From positions 200,723 to 264,722 of the forward strand of contig NMRA01000467.1 in assembly GCA_002633005.1 (NCBI GenBank): 64,000 bases of DNA, in the 5' to 3' direction. The translations under genes were made by a program, and so were the position numbers. Source of the DNA: Phoronis australis (taxonomy: Eukaryota; Animalia; Phoronida). Positions 1 to 12,300 of this stretch are shown here, one piece after another (the first letter of the stretch is position 1; each line of letters begins with the position of its first letter). A model generated the notes under the pieces. The model did no database searches. It saw only the letters and a list, made by a program, of their open reading frames with translations, and was not told where the DNA came from.

Positions 1-321
1 ATGAATACTATTATCAGACTTTTATTGATACAATAAGACCGTGTCCCAATCTATAGAATCAAGAAAATTCAATTTTATGATTTACCCAAGCTGGAGAATA
101 TTCACCATTAGTGATTCCTCCAAAAAGCAAATCTGAGTTTGCTGCATAAAAAGCAACTGTTTGAAGTTTGTTATTTACTGTTAGAATTGGCTTGCAAGCA
201 AAAACCATTCACTTCTAAAACTAATCAGAAGTAAAGTATTAATAGTCATTTTAGCACAATTTGTTTTTGAAGACATGTTGTAAAAACTTAAAAGCAAAGT
301 TCTACTGATGATTGCCATTAC

Positions 322-3300
322 CTGTCCAACTTTCAGTCCATCCAAGTTTGCAATATCTTCTAGATCGCTAAAAGGTGGCTCCACAGTACTGCCTACTTCT
401 AGCCCATCCTCCACCTTTTCGCCCTCTAGTGGTGGCTCGATGGTTTCTGCTGCAGTTGGAAGCTCAGGTTCTCCTGCTTTGTCTTTCTCAGCTCCTTGGT
501 ACGAATGACAACACAAAATAACAATTTTCGGATGTAGAGACAAAATGTTGAAATACATAATAGGGTAATTGATGGACAGCATTTTGTATTTTTTTCAGGG
601 AATTTACTGTGAGATTTCACAGCATTTGTGAAACTCTTTGCCATCAATATGCCATCAATATGCCATCAAATTGGTACTGCTGAGCGGTGGGATAAAAAAT
701 ATCTAATATCTAAAAATGTCTGCTAATGGCAGAAACATCTTTTCGTCCCAGTCAACTTAGACAGTCTTCTACACCAGGATTAAAAACTGAGTCGTGCGAA
801 AGACACATCAAGCGCTCATAACACTTTTAAGAAAAGAATTGTAAAAGACTTCTAAATGTATGTAAGATGTTTCCGCACAATGAACAGAAAAACCATTACT
901 AATCAAGAAAAATAAGAGTAACGGTTTTAAAATCCCTTGTGTCAGAAACGAGCTTTGTTGATGATGTACTAGATTCAGTGTTAAGAATCTCACAACGTAA
1001 CACACGTGGATAGAGAAAGATATTAAGTAATACAAATTTGGCAACAACCAAAACACAAAAACCTTCTTAAAAATTCCGTATGTGCTGTAAGTCTGGCCAG
1101 AGATAAATGCAACTTCTCAGTCATAAAACACTGTTGCTCTCCAGTGGTTATCACACAACTTAAATAGTTAATTCTGTGTTGTTGTTACAGCCAAATTAAG
1201 CTTGATATTCAACTGAAACTGAAAAATTAACAGCAAACTCAAGGTACATGGCATAACCTAGTTGCACAATACATCAGCTCAAACAGAGCTGAAGATCCAT
1301 CAAAATTTATTCACAAATTCTATGAAATGGATATAAATCTGAAGAAATTCTGAGTATGAAGGCAAAATACTTGTGTGTGATAGTACAAAGGTATACATCA
1401 AATAATCAGTCTTAACCAGTTATATTTTGCTTTTTACCTTTTTGTAACAATGGGGACTCAAGTTGTGCTCTCAGATTTTGACCTAATGCCATAATGAGCC
1501 AAGTGAAACTAGTTTACGAGTTCATCGGTAGATGAAAAATGTATTGACAGAACAAAAACCAATAGAACAGCTTTCTGTGTAGCTATATTTGCCATATCAT
1601 TTCTGTGTAGCTATATTTGCCATATCATTTCTGCATTTCATTTCTTACGATTTTGGTTTCAATGTGTGTGGGTGAATATTTGATGACAGTAAATCCTACA
1701 CTCTCAACATTCACACTTCCAACCCTGTTTAGATTCAGGTTTAGTTTACCGACTAACCTAGTTGTAACTTGACAGTTTTAGTTTCATCCTCCTTAGGCTG
1801 TCCATCTTCTGACTCTCCACTCATGGCTCTCATGTTTGTATCAGCTGTCGTCTAGAAAGTAACCAACAAAATAAAAAAAAAAAAATTTGCAAATTCCATG
1901 TTTCAAATCAATAACAAACTTAAAGCACATTTGCCATTTTTGGTGAAAAGGAAACTGTTAAGCAAAAGTACTGAAAGTTGTGTCTAAAGTTTGCCTCTTG
2001 CCAAACATTTTGACTTAATCACAAATCATAATACACATGTTCTAAATTACATTCTAATTAACAAAGTAGTATAAAGATTGTTCAATTGGTCTGTCTTTAG
2101 GCCCTTTCATACTTCACTCTGGTATGAGCATAGCGTTGACGTTAACTGCAATTTATTGAAACATAACCAGCTTCGGTGGTTAACGGTATTGAAGTAAATG
2201 GTACGTGACGCTGTTGTCTTCGAAGTAATGGTAAAGTAGCACTGATGCACCCTGTGCACACTACGATTTTTTTAATGGGCAAATTAGGGGAAATTTCCAC
2301 ATGCTATATAACTGGCATAAAACTTATTTCTAATTCGATTGGTGATTATTCGAGCAAAATATAGGCAACTATTAGCTATGACACTGCCCTTCAATTGTTG
2401 ATAATAGTGGCCCCTGGCGATAAGTTCAAAGGGACCCAAGTTTTTTTTTTTTCCGATTAAGTTTTTTTATTTTCTCTAGCATGGGTATTTACAATTTACA
2501 CGAAACAATAAACAATACAGTGTGCAAGTACATTAGTTGCAACAAATTACCGTCAAGTATCACAATTTGGTATACAGAACAGAAATACAGATATGTAAGA
2601 AAAAAATCAAGCCATTCTCACCCTTAACATACACACCACATGCACCCGCCCCCCCAACTTACTCTTAGTAGGATGTTGTCAGGCAAANNNNNNNNNNNNN
2701 NNNNNNNNNNNNNNNNNNNNNNNNNNNNNNNNNNNNNNNNNNNNNNNNNNNNNNNNNNNNNNNNNNNNNNNNNNNNNNNNNNNNNNNNNNNNNNNNNNNN
2801 NNNNNNNNNNNNNNNNNNNNNNNNNNNNNNNNNNNNNNNNNNNNNNNNNNNNNNNNNNNNNNNNNNNNNNNNNNNNNNNNNNNNNNNNNNNNNNNNNNNN
2901 NNNNNNNNNNNNNNNNNNNNNNNNNNNNNNNNNNNNNNNNNNNNNNNNNNNNNNNNNNNNNNNNNNNNNNNNNNNNNNNNNNNNNNNNNNNNNNNNNNNN
3001 NNNNNNNNNNNNNNNNNNNNNNNNNNNNNNNNNNNNNNNNNNNNNNNNNNNNNNNNNNNNNNNNNNNNNNNNNNNNNNNNNNNNNNNNNNNNNNNNNNNN
3101 NNNNNNNNNNNNNNNNNNNNNNNNNNNNNNNNNNNNNNNNNNNNNNNNNNNNNNNNNNNNNNNNNNNNNNNNNNNNNNNNNNNNNNNNNNNNNNNNNNNN
3201 NNNNNNNNNNNNNNNNNNNNNNNNNNNNNNNNNNNNNNNNNNNNNNNNNNNNNNNNNNNNNNNNNNNNNNNNNNNTTTTGGCACCATCAAGGTCTTCACC

Positions 3301-6300
3301 ACCGTAACTTTCCCGAAAAAGGAGATTTTTCTTCTAGACCAAATTTTGATAAGATTATTGATTTCATCAATCCTCTCATTGTAGTTGATGTCAATCATTT
3401 TTTCTAGGTTAACACTAAACTTGATACCTAGCATCTTAAATTCCGTCATGCCCCATTCCAACTTCCATCTTGCGTGATGGAAAACATCCTTGCAAAATTT
3501 TTTACTGCCCAACCAAATAACATTAGTTTTGGAAAAATTTACTCTCAAACCAGACATATCTGCAAATCTACTCAAAACTTCCATAATAGCTTCCAAACTA
3601 CGCCTTGAACCATCTAAGAAAAACGTTGTGTCATCAGCATACTGAGTAAGTATAAATTCCTCATTTCCTATTTGAATGCCTTTAATTTCCCTATCTTGTT
3701 TCGTCATCATAGCTAATATTTCAGCACATAAAATAAAAACAGCCCCTGTGTAGAGTAAAACTTCTGGACAGGAAACCGTTTTGAACAATGTATGACACGG
3801 GACAATTATAAAAGGTTTTAATCCAAAGGGACCCAAGTTGACCATTCATATTACACTGTAACGTCGACACTCCGCTGTTAAATCCACCTGTTTACTGTGA
3901 AGTTAACAAGGGCTGTTAACTTCCATCCAGGACGGCAGATAACTGTTCATACTGACCACAACTAACCACCACACATCGACACTAGTGTGAAGGGGCATTT
4001 TAACTTTCTACATATTTAGATCTGGTATTTGGTTTTAGAGTGTGCCAAGAGACACATGAATCCAGAATTGAATTGAGGTCGTTTTTGACCAGTTATAAAG
4101 TGAAATAAATTTATTTTCACAGAAATTAATAATAAACTGGTCTTCAGTTAGTGGGAATCAAAACTAGTGGGTTTAAATGAAGGCAAACTACAGGTATTGT
4201 TGGAAACAAATGAATCAAAAAAGGATACTGGGAACAAAACTCCAGGAAAATTGGGTTCACATGAAACTAATTAACAATCAATCTCACAAACATAACAATT
4301 CTAGAGCTTAAATAATTTTACCAACCTCGCTTCCCTTTAAACAGAAGAAAACAATCTTATTAATGTCCAGTAGGAATATGTAGTCTGGGTAAAATCAACA
4401 GAAAAATCAGCTGATATCATTTAACTTCTATTGTTATAACCCCAATCTAAGTTCTAAGCTCACCTGATAGAACCTTTTGAAATAGTGTATATTTTAATCA
4501 TGAAACCATGTTGACTAACTGAATTTTTTTCTTTCCACTGGAGTTCAAGGAAACAGAGATATGATCAGTTATGTAAAGGCTTTTAGCACAAGTACATTTA
4601 ATTTTGCAGTTGTTATATTTCTGATGATAAACATGTGCATCTTGTTTGTAATAAAATTTGAAGAACTTCTCAGAACTCAAAGAGTATGACTTACACTTAA
4701 TGTTGAATATTATGTAACAAACAAAACTTGACAATATCATTTAAAGAATTCATGCATTTTGAGAACCAGTTGTCTCCACTGAATAACCAACATCCAAGAG
4801 GTTCTCAAAATGCAGGAATCCTGTAAGTGACTTATAGCCCAAAAGGTATTAAAAACTTACCAATCTTCCCAGTGACGTCTCGGCAGTAGTTAACGTTCTC
4901 ATCTTCATTCCGGCCACTTTGAAGAATTCAAACTTTGTTCCCAATGCTCCGTTATTTGTTAGAGTGATAGTTCGCTTCAATGTTTCTCCTATCACACTGG
5001 TTCCAAAATCCACAATGTTGGTGTCAACGGACAGCTGTATACAATTGGATAAAAATCAAAATCATCAGATAGACTAAAACTAACCAAGGTTCCTGTCAAT
5101 GCAGAGCAAAATAAGATAAGTTGAATATCTTGAGTCAACATAACGCTGAAAGCTGGTTATAGATCTCACACAATCAGTCAATCAAGTTTTTCAGTTTTTT
5201 GAAAGACTAATACTTAAAGCAAAAGCATATTGTTTCAAACGCAATGTTGATGTAACTTTAATTCAAAGGGAACAGTTAAAGCCTAATAATTCCAATTCCA
5301 CCAGTTACAGCTTCAAAACAGATACAAGAGCAATGCGGTGCATTGAAATGTGCCCACGAATGCACCACAAATATTGTGCTCCTAGAGCTGTTTATTAAGT
5401 ATCATAAAATTGCCACTAGATTGCGCAAAACATGTCGTGTCCATCCGAAATCGGGAACATGCCATTGTTTCTTTAATTGAGAGCTATTTAACGAATTTCA
5501 TAAAAACTGTCAAGGAACTTCAGCAAAACAAAGGAAAACGGAAAAAACGAAATTGGCACTAGTGGGCATAGCATTCGTCAGATCCGTATGAAAGTCGTCG
5601 CCGTCAGTTGTTAACTTCATATAAACAGTTATTAAATTTAATAAAGATTCTGCAGTGGATTAATGAGACACAGCTATGGATGCAAAACAAAAAAACTGCC
5701 ATTAGGAGTCGCCACAGTGGTCAGAGTCATCGGAAAATCATCATTATTTGCATACAATCATGCAAATTTTCACAATCATCCTTAGAGCCGTTTGGTTGAT
5801 AGAGGGGCGGATGCAAAAACTCAAAAACAGTAAAAATGGCCAATAGGTGGCGCAAAATACCTCGAATCCATCCAAAAACATGAGGATAGCATCATCTCAC
5901 TAACAGATGCCTATAAATTACCACTAGAGGGCAGACTGATTGTCGAATCCATCCGAAAGTTTGCTCATGCCATCCCATCCACGAAAGGAAAACGTGCAAA
6001 ATTTCATAACATACGTCAAAGGACGCCGGCCAGCCGGCCGGATGTGGATGACGACATAATGCGTCGACATATAAATATGTGGGCACATAAAAATAGCTAT
6101 AATCCTGGCATTACCAATACCTCGTCATAAATTTGTTTTTAATCATTCACAGTTGAAATTATTCCTTAATGAGTCAAATTAGAGGTGATTTCTAAACTAG
6201 GAACGAACTGCCAGATCGTTACTGTTTGAACTCAAGCTCAACGATNACCTCGAATCCATCCAAAAACATGAGGATAGCATCATCTCACTAACAGATGCCT

Positions 6301-9300
6301 ATAAATTACCACTAGAGGGCAAACTGATTGTCGAATCCATCCGAAAGTTTGCTCATGCCATCCCATCCACGAAAGGAAAACGTGCAAAATTTCATGAACA
6401 TACGTCAAAGGACGCCGGCCAGCCGGCCGGATGTGGATGACGACATAATGCGTCGACATATAAATATGTGGGCACATAAAAATAGCTATAATCCTGGCAT
6501 TACCAATACCTCGTCATAAATTTGTTTTTAATCATTCACAGTTGAAATTATTCCTTAATGAGTCAAATTAGAGGTGATTTCTAAACTAGGAACGAACTGC
6601 CAGATCGTTACTGTTTGAACTCAAGCTCAACGATTTGGTTTATCATGTAATTTTATGGGTTCAGTTTGGTCTCAAGCTAAAAGGAACTGTCAAGCTTAGA
6701 AACCATTTCTCATTTGAATTAGGAGCAAATGAGTTTTTGTGTTGTGTGGTCTAAATCAGTTTCTTTGACAAAATGCACTACATGATTTAATATTGAGAAT
6801 TCTCACATAGAAAGCACCAGCTAATAATTATTTCACCATGAGAGCAGTAAAAAATTGCACATAATTTATAACTCTGCTATAAAAACACACTAGAGCTACT
6901 TAACAATAACCTATACGGGAGATTCAATTTACACCTAATGCGAAAACTGACAACAGAGATTAAGAAGAGAAAGGATATTTTGAAGCACTGGGACAGAAAA
7001 CACCATGCTTAGAGATTTCAGAAGTCATGCCTTCTACATGCAGCATTTGGTATTTTAGACAAGCCAGAGATACTATACATAATCTTATTGAATGACCAGG
7101 ATAGGATATTGCAGTTTGCACTATGAAGAAAAACTATACAATGTTTCACTTACGTCGCACTTCTTTGTTGTACATATCAGTGGTATAGAGAACGGGCCAG
7201 TCTGAGCCAGGAAGCTCACGTCTCCCTGCAAATCCTCATTGATCTGTGAAGACCAATGCAAAATAAATTCATTAATATTAAGCACAACAACCAGAGAGCA
7301 ACTCTGAGAGTCTCAGGGAATTGAATCTCTCTCGCTATAGCATCTCAGACAATAAATCTATGGATTTCCAAGTTTGGACTGTTATGATCAACACAGTCAG
7401 CTGAAACTACATGTAGGATATGATGGGGAGAGGTCAACTTTTAATCATTCACAAGCAACAGATGCTTGCAATGCATTTATGGTATAATGCTACCAAACGC
7501 ATGATTGTTGTTATTGCAAAGTGCTGGTTTTATGGTATAATGCCATATAAAATTGTGTATGTGCCAATGTTTTTCTGTAGTAATAGCAGATAGCAATTAA
7601 CTGAATCTAAGGTTTTGAGTCTGCAGCTATTTAACATGAAGTCCAGTTCATTAATCACCCAAAATCACAAAAAACAAATAGGCATGTTGCAGTACATATT
7701 AAGATGTGTAGAAGAACACAACAAAAATGTATGAAGGTTTACCATTGGTTTAAATGTCACCAACATTTCACATGTTAATCCAGCTGACATCTGGCCTGGT
7801 GGGTCAAACCTGGAAGAAATAATTGATTCATAAATTAGAATTGCAAACTACAAGCCAACCAAAACCTTGTTCATATTACAACACCTAAATAACTTTGCAG
7901 CTGATGAATTCATTCTTGATGTAAATTTGACAATATTTTGGACCAAAAATATGCACTAAACTCTTGTCCCAATGTTAGCAACAATTTTTCCAATTTTCAT
8001 AACAATTTTTGCTGTAATTTGACAAATTAGCAAGGCAAATTTTGATGAAATTCATCAAGTTAAAACTGTTATAAACCTCAATGTGTAGAAAGAATCCAGT
8101 GAGAACTTATAAAGTTACTTACACTATATCGATGAAGTCCTTGAGATGTTCAGTAATACCAACTAGTTTACAGAAGTTTACTGTGTAAGATACATTAGTT
8201 AATATCACTTTCTTCTTGTAAGTTTTGCCCACAGTAAAATCCTGCAATAAAAGCAAACATGCCACAGCATATTTAAAGGAAGTCAAAATTCACTAGGTGT
8301 CACAAGTGAAGCAGTCCCATACATTCAAATGCTTGCATTCAGGTAAATCACATGGGTAATATTAATGACACAAGCACCCCTCCATGCTGATGAACTGCTA
8401 TCTGTTTCCAATCTATTCAGAATTTCAAAAAGAACAACCTTTGTTCATTAGCGGCATCTGGAGAATACTGAATCACACATCGTTCAAACTTTGTTTGCTT
8501 ATTTTAAGCCAAGATTCATTTATCTGAATAACTCTACGTCGATTTAGGCAATTCACGCAGAAAAGCAACAAAGCCAACCTCATTATGCATGCATTTGGAG
8601 TCATGGTTACAGAGTCACATGAGTCAGACTTTTGAAGCTGAGAGCAATGAAAATATAATCCAGTAATTTATTCACTCAATGACCTTCATTCATTTCCTGA
8701 TATTTCTTTAAAGCCCAGTGCAGCACCATAATTGAAAGCCATAATTGCTTTGGATCAAGATTTGAGATGGAATCCTTGGTTTCAGTATTCTGAGCATTTC
8801 AAATTACACACGATGACATCATGGAAAAAGTGATTGATTCAACCATAAGATTTGTCACCACAACTTATATTTATTTGAGTTTGAAAATTTCAATTTGGTG
8901 CTGCATGGCCTCAAGGTTCAGTTGCATGATATATATTTTGCTTTCCTTAAAAAAGCATGTCAAGATTATTGCAATCACATATTAATTTTAAAAAAATTCA
9001 AAATAAAATATGTCATAATAAATTATCCAAATTCTGGCTAATTCATAAATGATTTACAAAAAAATTCTTCAAATTTCCTTAAGTCTTTCTTGATTATTTG
9101 AAAAACATGACTGCTCCAACATTCAAAATATTTATTGAAATTAATTTGACTAAATGTAAATACATTTCTGTAAATAAAATCTTATTGTCATGATTTTGGT
9201 CTACCTTAAAATGAACAACATCTGGTTTACTGTAGAAAGCGGCCCCTTTGAACTCCCTGCCAACCACTACTTGCTTGTGAACAATGTTCTCTCTTTGTCT

Positions 9301-12300
9301 GACCATCTTCTTCAGCATTATGTCCTGAGCAAAATAAACACAACAATCAAAGTATCTGACACAATGAAACCAATCTTCACTTGTTTCACAACCCGCAACT
9401 TCACCAATGAATGTGATATCATTGGATTAGTTATTTTAAGCACGAGACTACGTGCAAAGATCACAAAACTAAGTTAAAACATTCAGTAAACAAAAAACAT
9501 GATGAATTTATCCATTTATGACACTATGGTTGGTGTTGAAAAAATGGTATTGGGCTGTGCAAAATATGTCTCTTACTTTGTAAGTACTAATAATAGTAAA
9601 ATATATACCTAATAGCACCTTTTACATCACGCTTTAAATTTATTTTGACATTATATAATCACCTGATCCATCTTACTAGCTCCAGGTGCTTTGATGACTG
9701 GTTCTGGGCCGTCCTTGGGTACTTTGTATGGCTTGTGAACATTCCACATACCTTTGAACTCTGGCTTAGCCAACATGGTGTTCGATTCATCTGGTTAACA
9801 GTATGGTTCAATTATTTATATAATAAGATACAAGTTGGCTGAAATCCCGCAGCAAGCATTTTAAGTAATGCGCAGTACACTTCCCATTTCTGCACTGTCT
9901 CCACTTTCCATTTTCCAGGATGAACATTACATTCCATAATAAGTAGGACCCTATCGACAAGTCTGTGTACTTACACATTGCAAGTAAACAGATAACTATA
10001 ACTGGGTACAATTTCTTAAAGTAGAAAGTTTATAGAATTTGATTTTTGATTTAATACCAATCCGACATCAACTGGGTCATGTGACCATTGCTTTAAAAGA
10101 CTTAAGCATAAAATGAAGGTATGTTGATGGCAGGACAATGGTATCAATTCAATGACCAAATTTTGTTTTGTTTTGTATAATGGTCAAGATGAAATCTCAA
10201 AAACGCTGATACAGTTTTCTAAATCATTTGTTTTCATTTTAAACAACTTTTGGTTTTGTTTGATGAAAATCATAAAAATTCTATTTGCTGATAGTCCCCT
10301 ATAGAAACGTGGAACATTTTAAACACATTTCCTATTAGTTTTAGGAGAACAGTGGCCAAATTTCAGGGTCCTAGATAAACTTAGTACAATATTATCAAGT
10401 TATTGCAAGTTCCTCCAAATTCTTGTTATATGATGATCTAATGTCCACATTGACTCAGGTGAACACATTTGCTGAAAATATGTCTTAGACCGACTGACAG
10501 TTCTCAATCAATGCAAGTATGGCAGCAATGAGACAGATTGATGGTTAAAGCTGCCGCTATAAACCTACCTTCAAATCAAACAAAATTCCTTTCACGGCTA
10601 TGAAATTGGTCTCATATTGTTCCTTAGTCAAATTAAAGGGGATTTCAAGGCTTTGAAAGAATTTATTATTGCTTGACATCAGATCCTACAATTTGGCTCG
10701 ACATGTCATGTTATGTTAAGTGCTGAGCATGGTCTCCATGGCAACACTTCTCATCTCAGCAAGAAAGAAAGGAACAAACTAAACAGAGACCAGTTTCATT
10801 GCCAAAAGCGATGCTCACAAAAAGGTAATTTCTCTGATTGAGCAGGGATTTACAACTTACAGCTTTAAGATACTAAAACTGGTTAAGAAAAAGAGATAAA
10901 TATTGTGAGGAAAACATGGAAGCAAATCATAGAATACTGGGCTGTTTACCTTCTGAGTCAGAATCAGGAATGACAATCTTGTTTTCTGAGATGTGGGGAC
11001 TTTCATCCTCACCGGAATCTTCTGCATACTCTGGATTGTCTTCAAAATTCTAAAACAGAAACCAATAATGACTGAGACACTTGATGTGATAAGTCCAATC
11101 TGGAAACTTACACTCAGTTTAATTTGCCCAGACATTATGGAGTCAACTGGTGAATATACACTGGCTGAGTCATGATGCACTATGTTGGGTGGTTAATGAC
11201 TATACCCAAATAAAAAGAGCCCGTTGGTTATGCAAGTGTTGGCAAATTTCAAATGTTACTATGTACAGTTAGATTGATATTTTTATACTAAGGTCTGGGG
11301 CCTGTTCCAACAAAGACTTAGTTATGACAAATCTTAAATTTTAATAAATTTTAAAATAAAAGTTAAATTTGTCTCAAAACCAATTCAAGAATGAAATCTT
11401 AAGTTTCAATTAAGAGTTTGACCTAAGCTTTGTCTTAATTTTGACTAACTTACAAAATGTAGAAGTTTCAAAAGTTTGGAAGTTACGACAAATCTTAGAC
11501 TTATGTCAAAAATTAACTTAAGTCAGTTTCTTGGAACAGACCCCTGATTAACATCTAGCTCCAATGACAAATGAAATGTGGCTAAAATTAGTCAGAATGT
11601 GAGCACATATAGCCGACTAGTGCAGTGTGAGTAGACTGAATACATTGCAAACCTTATAGAAGACAGTCCATTCAACAGACTCACCTGTGTAGACTGAATA
11701 CATAGCAAACCTTATAGAAGGCAGTCCATTCAACAGACTCACCTGAGTAGACTGAATACATTACAAACCTTACAGAAAGCAGTCCATTCAACAGACTCAC
11801 CTGTGTAGACTGAAAACATTGCAAACCTTATAGAAAGCAGTCCATTCAACAGACTCACCTGTGTACACTGAATACATTGCAAACCTTATAGAAGGCAGTC
11901 CATTCAACAGACTCACCTGTGTACACTGAATACATTGCAAACCTTATAGAAAGCAGTCCATTCAACAGACTCACCTGTGTGGACTTTACTGGGCCCTCTT
12001 CAACAGGCTGCTCAAATATCTTCAACTTTCTTTTCTTGTGAGGAGAAACTTGCTGCAAGCAGTAAATTCATAAGAATTACAAACAATATTACTACAACGT
12101 GTAATCTGTTGCTTTCCCTTTTTTCTGTACAGGAATGTTGTGTTAATTTGACTTCATAAATCTCACAGATAGTTATTAATTATTCACTAGAGACACAAGT
12201 GTAATAAAACATAAACAGATGGAACTTGTTCAAGTACTTAATTCCCTTGTTTGCATCACTTAAATTTCGAAGTTTAACTTTGAACTATGCCCATGCTTGA

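Noticed and set aside
1438-1485. Possible extra CFAP74 micro-exon
   Set aside because: Its end phase does not fit the next exon, while 1758-1851 joins 322-494 in phase without it.
2640-3407. 255-aa plus-strand ORF and the full 388-aa minus-strand ORF
   Set aside because: Their lengths come from translating the N gap. Only about 3277-3823 on the minus strand is real RT sequence.
5858-6634. Apparent recent tandem duplication with twin ORFs (5892-6086 and 6280-6477)
   Set aside because: The copies meet exactly at a single N and are nearly identical, which is typical of an unmerged contig or haplotype overlap. The ORFs lie in repeat DNA.
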